DNA of 30,484 nucleotides. Origin: a virus. Lineage: Duplodnaviria; Caudoviricetes. A program made the translations under genes and the position numbers. Below, piece by piece: positions 1 through 8,467 of this stretch (its first letter is position 1; the number at the start of each line of letters is the position of its first letter). The notes under the pieces are model-generated. The model was not told the DNA's origin and ran no database searches. It saw only the letters and a program-made list of their open reading frames with translations. Location of the stretch: the IMG/VR virus record IMGVR_UViG_3300037467_001565, positions 1-30,484 of that record, one strand, 5' to 3'.

Positions 1-73
1 CACGTAACCGCACCCTGATTCGGACTACTAATTCGGATCCCCAGGAGGCATCCCCCTTATCCAGGAGAAATTG

Positions 74-1618
74 ATGACTGTCTACAAGCGCCCAGGCGTT
101 TACATCAATGAGACGCTGACGCCGATCGCGCAGGCGGTGTCCACCCCGGGCCAGTCGGTCGCGGCTTTCGTCGGCACCAACAAGGCGGGCGGTCCCGTCG
201 TCCCGACCCTGGTCTCTTCTTTCCAGCAGTTCGTGTCCGTCTACGGAGGCTTCGGCAACAACTCCGACCTGCTCCCGTTTGCCGTATACAGCTACTTCAA
301 CAACGGCGGGAATGCTGCCTACATTCAGCGCGCCGTCGCATCCGACGCGGTCGCGGCCAACGTCACGCTGCTGGACACTGAGGGCACCCCGGCGGCCACC
401 CTGAAGATCTCCGCGATCTCGCCCGGCACGTGGGGCAACAACATCTACGTGGACATCGTCACGGGCGCATCCGGCTCCGGCCGGTTCGACCTCGTGGTCT
501 ACGTCGGCGGTTCCACCCCTGCGTTCCTCAAGGAGAGGTTCAACGACGTCTCCCTGGACCCCGCCGACTCCCGCAACGCTCAGGCGCTGATCAACTCCCC
601 GGTCACCGGGTCCGAGTACATCAAGGTGCAGTCGCTGCTGAACACCCCGTGGGCGGTCACGCACTCCCCGGCCCCGCAGACGGGTACCCCCCTGGCGAGC
701 GGCGCGGACGGTACCGGGACTGTGGACCTGGTGGCGGCCACTCAGACGCTGGAAGTCATCGATCAAAACCTGGTGCTCAACCTGCCGGGCGTCACTGACG
801 CGACCACCCTCAACCCGATCATCGCCTGGGCCGAGGGCCTGGGCAGCGTCTTCCTCGTCATCGACGGCGTCAAGGCCACGTCCGCGGACACCGCGCACTC
901 CTACGCCCTGGCCCTTCAGGCCATGTCCACGGGCGGCTCGGCCATCAACGACACCTCGTACGCCGCGATCTATGGCCCGTGGCTGATCACGAACGATCCG
1001 GCCACGAGCGCCAATGGCTCGGCCCGGCTGCTGCCTCCTGGCGGCGCGGTGGTCGGCCAGTACACGCGTACCGACGCGAGCCGGGGCGTGCAGAAGCCCC
1101 CGGCCGGTATCGACACCATCCTGCGCGGCGTGCTGGACACGCAGTTCCGTTTCTCCTCGGCCGACCAGGACGCGCTCAACGTCGCAGGCATCAACGTGCT
1201 GAAGAGCCTGCCCGGTACCGGCTTCGTGATCTACGGTGCGCGGACCCTCAGCGTCGGCATGCCGGACCGGTACGTCAGTGTCCGGCGGTCGCTGATGCTG
1301 ATCAAGAAGGGCCTGGTCGACGCGACCCGCTTCGCGGTGTTCGAGCCCAACGACCAGATCCTCTGGGACCAGGTCAGCGCGGTCATCTCGCAGTACCTAC
1401 TGACCCTGATGCAGACGGGCGTGCTGGCCGGTACCACCCCGGAGCAGGCCTTCTTCGTCACCTGCGACGCGACCAACAACACCCCGACCACCGTGGCGAA
1501 TGGCGCTGTCAACGTGACGGTCGGCGTCGCGCTCCAGACCCCGGCGGAGTTCATCGTGGTCAACATCGGCCAGTTCAGCGGTGGGTCCTCCGCCACTGAA
1601 GTCACGACCACTGCCTGA
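74..1618 (+). CDS. Contractile tail sheath protein
   Basis: N-terminal YKRPGVYINE, YFNNGG, PPGGAVVG...RGVQKPPAG, YVSVRR, FEPND...LW and PAEFIVV motifs are typical of phage tail sheath proteins. GGAGA RBS precedes ATG 74 (the ORF track starts at TTG 71). Confidence 0.96.
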   Translation: MTVYKRPGVYINETLTPIAQAVSTPGQSVAAFVGTNKAGGPVVPTLVSSFQQFVSVYGGFGNNSDLLPFAVYSYFNNGGNAAYIQRAVASDAVAANVTLLDTEGTPAATLKISAISPGTWGNNIYVDIVTGASGSGRFDLVVYVGGSTPAFLKERFNDVSLDPADSRNAQALINSPVTGSEYIKVQSLLNTPWAVTHSPAPQTGTPLASGADGTGTVDLVAATQTLEVIDQNLVLNLPGVTDATTLNPIIAWAEGLGSVFLVIDGVKATSADTAHSYALALQAMSTGGSAINDTSYAAIYGPWLITNDPATSANGSARLLPPGGAVVGQYTRTDASRGVQKPPAGIDTILRGVLDTQFRFSSADQDALNVAGINVLKSLPGTGFVIYGARTLSVGMPDRYVSVRRSLMLIKKGLVDATRFAVFEPNDQILWDQVSAVISQYLLTLMQTGVLAGTTPEQAFFVTCDATNNTPTTVANGAVNVTVGVALQTPAEFIVVNIGQFSGGSSATEVTTTA

Positions 1619-1633
1619 TCTGAGAGGTAACTG

Positions 1634-2185
1634 ATGGCAACCGTTTCGCCGTCCGTCGGCCACATCGCCACGGACCCCCTGCGCAACTTCAAGTTCCAGG
1701 TGCAGGTGCAGCATCCGACGATCAAGGGCTTCGCCCGCATGGGCTTCATGTCCGTTTCGGGATTGAACGTCACGACTGAGGTCATTCCGTACCGTGAAGG
1801 TGGAATGAACACGACAACTCAGAAGATGCCCGGACAGTCCGACTTCGCCCCAATTACCCTTTCCAAGGGTCTCGCTGTCGGCGACAGCCAGATGATGGCC
1901 TGGATGCGGCAGCTCTTCACTGTCATCCAGGGCACCGGTACCGGAAAGGCGGGCGCCGAATTCCGGACCATCGTCGACATCTCCGTCCTCGACCACCCGG
2001 TCACCTCCGGAAACGCTCCCGCCAAGGCCGCATTCCGCGTCTACAACGCGTGGCCCACGGCGGTTGCCTTCTCCGACCTCGACGCGGGCGCCAACGCGAT
2101 CGTCGTCCAGCAGATGACCTTGGCGCATGAAGGTTTCGAGTTCAAGCTGGCTAACAGCGTGGGCTCTTCTTCCGTTAAGTTCTGA
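1634..2185 (+). CDS. Tail tube protein (T4 gp19-like family)
   Basis: DPLRNFKF, GFMSVSGL, YREGG...KMPG, ITLSKG and NAWP...SDLDA...LAHEG motifs. Directly follows the sheath gene; GAGG RBS. Confidence 0.95.
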   Translation: MATVSPSVGHIATDPLRNFKFQVQVQHPTIKGFARMGFMSVSGLNVTTEVIPYREGGMNTTTQKMPGQSDFAPITLSKGLAVGDSQMMAWMRQLFTVIQGTGTGKAGAEFRTIVDISVLDHPVTSGNAPAKAAFRVYNAWPTAVAFSDLDAGANAIVVQQMTLAHEGFEFKLANSVGSSSVKF

Positions 2186-2223
2186 CCTGGAGGAATTCCG
2201 AAACTCAACTAGGAGCAATACCA

Positions 2224-3093
2224 GTGGCCAACGACCTTCATACCGAGGGGTACAGCAACCCCCTGGCGAATCCCGGAGAGGCCAACGCAGCGATTGCCGC
2301 GGTACTCAGCGCCGTCCAGGGATCAGAGGTCGCCAAGCCGGAGATTGTCCTCCCGGCGGGTGGTTCGTTCCGCCTGCCGGGAGGCTATGTCCTGGCAGGC
2401 GACTACGCCTCCGTCCGCTACGACGCCGAGGTCCGTGAGCTGACCGGCGCGGACGAGGAGATCATCACCAAGGCCCGCAACAGCGGCATCGGTAAGTTCG
2501 TCACGGCACTTCTCCAGTGCGGCACCGTGTCCGTAGGTGACAGCAACGCCGACCCCGCGGTGCTCAGCAACCTGCTGCTCGGCGACCGCGACATGCTGCT
2601 GCTGGAGATCCGCCGCGCCACCTACGGCGACGAGATCGTGTGGGACCAGTTCTCCTGCCCCTTCTGCGGTGAGGAGTTCCGACTGTCCGTCACCCTGGAC
2701 GAGATCCCCATCCGAACCCTGGATGACCCCTCCCAGCGTGTCTTCGAGGTATCGCTGCGGCGCGGCCGAAAGGCCTTCGTCCGCCTGCCTGTGGGCTCCG
2801 ACCAGGAGGCGATTCTCGCCATCGCCGAACGCGCCAACGAGTCCGAGCAGAACACCCTCCTTCTCTCCCGCTGCGTCATTTCCATCGTCGAGGCCGACGG
2901 CACCGAGAATGCCGTCACCCAGAACACGGAATTCGCCCGCGCTCTCGGCATCGTCGACCGAAAGACCATCCTCGACGCGATTGAGGAAAGGCAGCCGGGC
3001 CCTCAGTACAATGACATCAAGTTCACGCACGAAGCGTGCGGGAAGGAGGTCCCCCTCTTCATTTCGGCGGGGGATCTGTTTCAGGGCCTGTAA
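2224..3093 (+). CDS. Tail assembly chaperone (G-like; resembles T4 gp26/gp51-type proteins with a CxxC motif)
   Basis: Lies between tube and tape measure. VRELTGADEE, LLLGDRDMLLLEIRRATYG, CPFC...HEAC motifs; AGGAG RBS. Confidence 0.8.
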   Translation: MANDLHTEGYSNPLANPGEANAAIAAVLSAVQGSEVAKPEIVLPAGGSFRLPGGYVLAGDYASVRYDAEVRELTGADEEIITKARNSGIGKFVTALLQCGTVSVGDSNADPAVLSNLLLGDRDMLLLEIRRATYGDEIVWDQFSCPFCGEEFRLSVTLDEIPIRTLDDPSQRVFEVSLRRGRKAFVRLPVGSDQEAILAIAERANESEQNTLLLSRCVISIVEADGTENAVTQNTEFARALGIVDRKTILDAIEERQPGPQYNDIKFTHEACGKEVPLFISAGDLFQGL

Positions 3094-3253
3094 CTACAGA
3101 GACACGTACTTTGAATACGAACAACTAGTCGAACTCAGTCCGGCATGGAGCCTCAGCGATATACGCCGGTTGTCCGTACGCGAGCGCGTCCACTGGGTGA
3201 AGTGGTTCAGGGCGCAACGTAATAGGAGAGTAGCTGAGGCGGAAAATGGCTGA
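3071..3253 (+). CDS. T-segment of the tail assembly chaperone (probable frameshift extension, GpE'/DUF6760-like)
   Basis: Open +1 frame ...NYRDTYFEYEQLVELSPAWSLSDIRRLSVRERVHWVKWF... fills the gap to the tape measure gene and overlaps its start. It has no usable start codon or RBS of its own. The start coordinate is the putative shift site. Confidence 0.65.
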   Translation, partial: GICFRACNYRDTYFEYEQLVELSPAWSLSDIRRLSVRERVHWVKWFRAQRNRRVAEAENG

Positions 3254-6200
3254 GAGTAATGTGGCGGGGCAGGGGCCGCTCCTGGGCTGGAACAAGGCTC
3301 AGGACGCGATCTCTGCCCTCGCGCGCAATGTGGAGACCCTGAACAAGGGGCTTTCCGAGGCATCGCAGAAACTGAAGACGATAGGCGCTGGCGCCTCCGG
3401 ATTCGCTGGAGGTGTCTGGGGCAACGTGGGTGGCCAGCCCTACGGCCCGAGCACCTACAACCAGACCGTCTCCAACGCCGCGCGAGCGCGCGGCCTGCTG
3501 GTCTACGACACGTGGAACGGCTCCAGCAACGCGGCTCGTTACGCAGGCAACGGCGGCCGAGGGCCGACGCCCGGCGGATCCGGCCCGATGGGCGGCGGGG
3601 GAGCGAACAACGGCGGCTACACCCTCAAGGGCGGCGTACAAGGCTTCGTCTCCTGGGGCCAGGGGAAGCTGGCCGATCAGGTCGCCATACAGACGACCGC
3701 CTACCAGGCGGCCCAGTACTCCTCGCAGTCCTGGCAGTCGTTGCGTAACAGTGCCTTCAAGAACAACTTCACCGCGCAGTCCACCCTCGACGCTGGCCAG
3801 GCCTACTCGATCCTGGCCGGACAGGGCCTGTCGCCGGGCACCCGCGGCTTCAACACCCAGTGGAACTACGCCAAGGGCACGTCCGGTTACCTCAACCCGG
3901 ACATGTCCCAGACGCAGCGGGCCCTGGGAACGGCTGCCGCATGGAACCCTGGCACCTACAACACTCTGCGTGCCTTCGGCATCCAGACGATCCAGAACGG
4001 GCAGAAGCAGAGCCCTCGCCAGATCGCCCAGCAGATCTACAACCTCCAGCCCGGACTGAAGACGATCAGGACCGAGCAGCAGATCTCCGCGACCCTGAAC
4101 GACCCCACCTCGCGCCTTAACCAGTCCCTGAACTCGTGGGGCCTGGACCCCAACACCCTGGAGCTGGTCAAGGGCGAGTTGCGTGGCATGCTCCTCGCGC
4201 AGACCCACGGCGGTTCCGCGCAGGCGTACGTCAGCACTGCGAACCAGCGCGACAACGGCAAGACCCAGCAGGCCAAGAACGCTGCACTGAGCCAACTCAA
4301 GAGCTGGAAGATCGGCGGCTCGACGACCAACGACCTCATGACCCGCTCCGGGACGCTGCGCAACCAGGACGTCAATATCAACGACGCCTTCACCAGCGGC
4401 CTCAAGGACGCTACGACCGCGCTGGACGCGTTCTCCACTGCGCTCCAGAAGATTCTCCAGGTGTCCGGTGCGGACTCCGTCCTCGGCTACTCCGGCGGAT
4501 TCGGCTCGATGCTCGGAGGCGCCATTGGCAGCGGCCTGACGGGCTACGGCATCGCACGCGGTCTCGGGGCAGGCCTTCGTCTCGGCGGGGCTGGAGGGGC
4601 CGGTGGCGGGCTCCTGGGCGGTGCTGGGGGCGCTGGCGGTGCGGGCATGCTCGGCGGTGCCCTGAACCTCTCACGGGGCGCCCTGGGCCGCGCAGGCGGC
4701 TTCGGACTGCTCGGCTACGGCGCCGACAGCGTCGGCCACAGCGCCACCTCCCACATCGGCAACCCCACTGGCCAGAAGTGGGCGGACATCGGCGTGGACA
4801 CCCTCTCAGGGGCCGCGTACGGCGCCGCGGTCGGCTCTGTGATCCCCGTCGTCGGTACCGGAGTCGGTGCCGTCGTAGGCGGTGTCGTGGGCGCGGTGGG
4901 CAGCTACATGAAGCCCCGGGGTCACCTGTCGACGGTCCAGCACAGTCGGCTCACCCGGGTCGACGGCGTCAGCGGTGGTGCTGGCGGCAGCAGTGCCGCG
5001 GCAGGCACAGGCAACTCCAAGTCGGCAGCCACCGGTACGCAGGGCGCGGGAAAGACGGCCGCTGCTGTCATCGCGGTCGCCATGAAGTACCTGGGCGTGA
5101 AGTACGTGTGGGGCGGTAACACGCCGAAGGGCTTCGACTGCTCCGGCCTGTTGCAGTACTCGTTCCGGCAGATCGGCGTGAGCCTGCCCCGTGTCGCCTC
5201 GCAGCAGCAGAAGGCGGGTAAGCCGGTCAAGCTGGGCACCGAGCGCGCGGGAGACCTGCTGTTCGTCGGCAACCCTGCGCACCACGTCGTGATGTGCATC
5301 GGCAACGGGAAGGTCATCGAGGCGCCCCACACTGGCTCGGTCGTCCGCGTCCGTTCCTACCGGCCGGGCGAGTTCACGAACGCGGTGAGGATCCTCGGCT
5401 CGGTCGGCAACATGGGCGACATCACCAACAGTGGCTCCGACACCGCCGGTTCGAGCGACAACCGCCTGTCCACCATGGGCTTCGGCGGGGATGTCGGCAG
5501 CTACGGCTCGGTGGAGGAGGTCGACGCCATCGCGGCCGGTATCTCCACGATCGGCTCGGCCAACGTCGGCTCGGGTATGGGCGCCAACCAGTCCTCCGCC
5601 AAGAGCGACGGCGACAACGGATCGATCCCGTCCAACATGCCGACCGGCAACGTCAAGTCGTGGATCAAGACCGCGCTGGGGATCCTGCACCAGGACACCA
5701 AGCAGAACGAGTCCATCGTCAACACGATGATCCAGCACGAGTCGTCCGGCAACCCGCACGCGATCAACCGGACCGACTCCAACGCGCGGGCGGGCCACCC
5801 GTCCAAGGGCATCATGCAGACGATCGACTCCACGTTCAACGCGTACTCGATCAAGGGCCACAAGGACATCTGGAACCCAGTAGACAACATCATCGCGGGC
5901 GTCCGCTACGCCGAGTCCCGCTACCACTCGCTGTCGAACGTGCCAGGCATCAAGTCCACAGCCAACGGTGGTGCGTACAAGGGATACGCAGTCGGCTCGA
6001 CAAACATCGACGTCGACCAGACGGCCCGGGTGCACAAGGGAGAGATGATTCTCCCCGCCTATCAGGCCGAGGCGGTGCGAAAGGCGCTGGCCGGAAATAC
6101 GCCGATGGCGGGTGGGATCGGGCTTCATACTTCGGGCGGCAAGGCCACCCTGCAATTCAACACCGGCTCCATCGTGATTCAGGTGCAGGGTGCAATGGAC

Positions 6201-6287
6201 CGGCAGTCGGCTCGCGATGCTGCCCAGCAGTTCATGGACGCTGTAGCCGAAGACCACCGGATCAATCTCATAGCGGCAGGCAACTAA
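3246..6287 (+). CDS. Tape measure protein with C-terminal NlpC/P60 peptidase and lytic transglycosylase (SLT) domains
   Basis: 1013 aa, Gly/Ala-rich. KYVWGG..PKGFDCSGL...HHVVMC...IEAP (NlpC/P60, about 5060-5400) and HESSGNPHAIN..DSNA..GHPSKGIMQ (SLT, about 5650-5980). AGGAG RBS. Confidence 0.9.
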   Translation: MAESNVAGQGPLLGWNKAQDAISALARNVETLNKGLSEASQKLKTIGAGASGFAGGVWGNVGGQPYGPSTYNQTVSNAARARGLLVYDTWNGSSNAARYAGNGGRGPTPGGSGPMGGGGANNGGYTLKGGVQGFVSWGQGKLADQVAIQTTAYQAAQYSSQSWQSLRNSAFKNNFTAQSTLDAGQAYSILAGQGLSPGTRGFNTQWNYAKGTSGYLNPDMSQTQRALGTAAAWNPGTYNTLRAFGIQTIQNGQKQSPRQIAQQIYNLQPGLKTIRTEQQISATLNDPTSRLNQSLNSWGLDPNTLELVKGELRGMLLAQTHGGSAQAYVSTANQRDNGKTQQAKNAALSQLKSWKIGGSTTNDLMTRSGTLRNQDVNINDAFTSGLKDATTALDAFSTALQKILQVSGADSVLGYSGGFGSMLGGAIGSGLTGYGIARGLGAGLRLGGAGGAGGGLLGGAGGAGGAGMLGGALNLSRGALGRAGGFGLLGYGADSVGHSATSHIGNPTGQKWADIGVDTLSGAAYGAAVGSVIPVVGTGVGAVVGGVVGAVGSYMKPRGHLSTVQHSRLTRVDGVSGGAGGSSAAAGTGNSKSAATGTQGAGKTAAAVIAVAMKYLGVKYVWGGNTPKGFDCSGLLQYSFRQIGVSLPRVASQQQKAGKPVKLGTERAGDLLFVGNPAHHVVMCIGNGKVIEAPHTGSVVRVRSYRPGEFTNAVRILGSVGNMGDITNSGSDTAGSSDNRLSTMGFGGDVGSYGSVEEVDAIAAGISTIGSANVGSGMGANQSSAKSDGDNGSIPSNMPTGNVKSWIKTALGILHQDTKQNESIVNTMIQHESSGNPHAINRTDSNARAGHPSKGIMQTIDSTFNAYSIKGHKDIWNPVDNIIAGVRYAESRYHSLSNVPGIKSTANGGAYKGYAVGSTNIDVDQTARVHKGEMILPAYQAEAVRKALAGNTPMAGGIGLHTSGGKATLQFNTGSIVIQVQGAMDRQSARDAAQQFMDAVAEDHRINLIAAGN

Positions 6288-7054
6288 TGGCCACCAAGAT
6301 CGTAGACAACGGACCTTTCGACCCCCGGATCACCTCCATCCCCACGGTCGTCTACTCCGGCGATTACAACTCGGATCTGACCCGGGGCTGGATTATCCAG
6401 GAGAAGCCGGTAAACGGAATCCGCTACCGGTGCAATTTCCTGTACAACCCGAGCGTCGTCAGTGTCTCGCATTCGGTTAACCCGAATGTGGTCGCCGACG
6501 AGAACGCGCACAACCCGTACGACGTCAGCGACTTTCTGCTGCCCTTGCAGCAGACGCTGCAATTCAATCTGCTCTTCGACCGCACCTACGAAATGTGGGA
6601 CCCGTCGAAACTCAGCGGAGACGCCAAGGACAATGTGCCGTTCTATGGGGTGGACTGGGATGTGCAGGCACTCCGCAACATCACGGGAATCTCGTCCCCT
6701 CTGACGGTTACCGGATCCGGGTCGGACAAGACGGGCGACTCGTCAGAGTCGTTCACCAAAGGCCATTTCCAGTCCGGACCGGTGGGCCCCATGCTCTACG
6801 TCCCCGTGTACGCCGTGCTCGGGTACCGGATGGACTACTACGGAGTCATTCAGACACTGGACGTCCAGTACACCCACTGGACCTCCCAGATGGTCCCCAT
6901 GCGCTGCCAGGTCGGCATCACTATGCAGTTGCTCCCGAGGAACACCGCCACGAAGTCCTCTCCCCGCCCAAGTCCTGTACTGATGCCTGGCGAGGTCCAG
7001 ATCGGTTCCGACTCGATCCTCAACCCCACGAACAACGGAAAGGGCGGACGGTGA
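6287..7054 (+). CDS. Tail tube initiator / baseplate-proximal tube-like protein
   Basis: ATG overlaps the tape measure stop (TAATG). FLYNPS...LLFDRT...DVQYTHW...PMRCQV pattern matches contractile-system tube initiators. The ORF-track start at 5294 is an over-extension. Confidence 0.7.
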   Translation: MATKIVDNGPFDPRITSIPTVVYSGDYNSDLTRGWIIQEKPVNGIRYRCNFLYNPSVVSVSHSVNPNVVADENAHNPYDVSDFLLPLQQTLQFNLLFDRTYEMWDPSKLSGDAKDNVPFYGVDWDVQALRNITGISSPLTVTGSGSDKTGDSSESFTKGHFQSGPVGPMLYVPVYAVLGYRMDYYGVIQTLDVQYTHWTSQMVPMRCQVGITMQLLPRNTATKSSPRPSPVLMPGEVQIGSDSILNPTNNGKGGR

Positions 7055-7323
7055 TCTCCTCTTCATCGCGGTACAAGGACTCCACTCTCACCCTGGTCTC
7101 CTCCGGCCGGGGCACCAACCTGACCGTCGTGCCCGGCCAGCAGACCGAGTGGGCGTTCCAGTTCACGTACCACCAGGTGACCGCGTCCGACCGCATGGAC
7201 CTGCTCGCCTTCCAGTACTACGGCGACGCCCGGATGTGGTGGCACATAGCTGACGCCAACCCGGAAGTGCTTTTCTGGGGAACCCTCACCCCGGGCCAGA
7301 TCATCAGGATCCCCAGTGTCTGA
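7051..7323 (+). CDS. LysM-like baseplate/tail protein (P2 gpX / T4 gp53-like)
   Basis: GTGA overlap with the upstream stop. HQVTASDRMDLLAFQYYGDARMWWHIADANP...PGQIIRIP is a LysM/gpX-type signature. Confidence 0.85.
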   Translation: MISSSSRYKDSTLTLVSSGRGTNLTVVPGQQTEWAFQFTYHQVTASDRMDLLAFQYYGDARMWWHIADANPEVLFWGTLTPGQIIRIPSV

Positions 7324-8467
7324 GAGGGCCCCAGTTACCCGCCTGACCATGGGCCGCGACCAGATCTCCTCGTACATCTCCCGTGTGGAGGTGCGCGAGG
7401 GATTCGGCGTGCACTCCATGGCCATCATCGACGTCTCCGCCCCGCCGCAGAGCAAGGTGGCCTACAGCGAGTTGACTCCGGTCGTCCTCGACTACGGCCG
7501 CGCACCGGTCGACGTGGTCCGCTGGTACGGGTACGTGCACCACTCCAGCGTGCTGGCCTCCAACTCCAACCGCGCGGTCACGCACAGGTACGTGTGCATC
7601 GGGACCACGCTGCCGCTCAACACCCAGCGCACGCGGAGCTGGAAGAACGTATCGCCGACGTCGATCGTGCGCCAGGTGGGCCGGGAGAACGGCCTGCGCA
7701 CGGTCATCTCGCCGTCCGCTCGGCGTCTAACGTACTGGGCTCAGTCCGGCATCAGCGATTTCAAGCTGTTGAACAACCTGGCCGACGAGACCGGATTCCG
7801 CTTCTGGGTAGAGGCCGCCACCCTGTACTTCCTGGATCCGCGCATTCTGCTGGTCGGTCAGCGCACGCAGGACATCCCGGTGTTTAACAAGGACCAGGCC
7901 CCTGGAATACAGGACACACTGCGGGACCTCTCGATCCTCGCAGGAACAATGGTCCCCAGGAATGGAGGAACCACGGGGACCAGCCTCATTTCCGGACTGG
8001 ACGCGAAGACCGGAAAGCTGATTGTGGCGTCCTCATCGGCGAATGCCGGAACGTCCCCGTTCCTCAACAACATCACGACGTCCCGAGCTGTCGACAACTA
8101 CGCCGACGCCCAGGCACTCATGGAAGCGCGCACGCTCGCCTCCCGTGGCTGGATCACCATTCAGGCGCAGGTATATGGAATGGCAAAGGTATCCCCCGGA
8201 ACGCTCGTAGGAATAGGCGGGAAGTCCATTCCCTCCGACCGTACGGGGCGATGGCTGGTGACGGCGACAAAGCACGTCATCAATCGGGACCAGTCCAACA
8301 ACGGACTGATGTTCACGACCACCGTGGATGCAGAAAGGGACCAGCCGTTCACGGTAACATTCCGTAGTGACGCGAATAAACGTTTCAAGTTTGACAGCGT
8401 TCCGGCTGTGCTGAGAAACAGGCAGTTCTGGGAATCGAGTCTTCTGGAGGACATCAATGTCGACTGA
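7316..8467 (+). CDS. Baseplate hub protein (P2 gpD / Mu gp44 / VgrG N-terminal-like)
   Basis: Synteny, 383 aa, and Q..ISDFKLL..LA..TGF.FW..LYF motif typical of gpD-like hubs. Confidence 0.8.
   Translation: MSERAPVTRLTMGRDQISSYISRVEVREGFGVHSMAIIDVSAPPQSKVAYSELTPVVLDYGRAPVDVVRWYGYVHHSSVLASNSNRAVTHRYVCIGTTLPLNTQRTRSWKNVSPTSIVRQVGRENGLRTVISPSARRLTYWAQSGISDFKLLNNLADETGFRFWVEAATLYFLDPRILLVGQRTQDIPVFNKDQAPGIQDTLRDLSILAGTMVPRNGGTTGTSLISGLDAKTGKLIVASSSANAGTSPFLNNITTSRAVDNYADAQALMEARTLASRGWITIQAQVYGMAKVSPGTLVGIGGKSIPSDRTGRWLVTATKHVINRDQSNNGLMFTTTVDAERDQPFTVTFRSDANKRFKFDSVPAVLRNRQFWESSLLEDINVD

Noticed and set aside
4560-4660. GGCGGTGCTGG-type repeats in the tape measure gene and GAGCCG repeats at 17410-17580
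   Set aside because: Explained by low-complexity Gly/Ala and Glu/Pro protein linkers.
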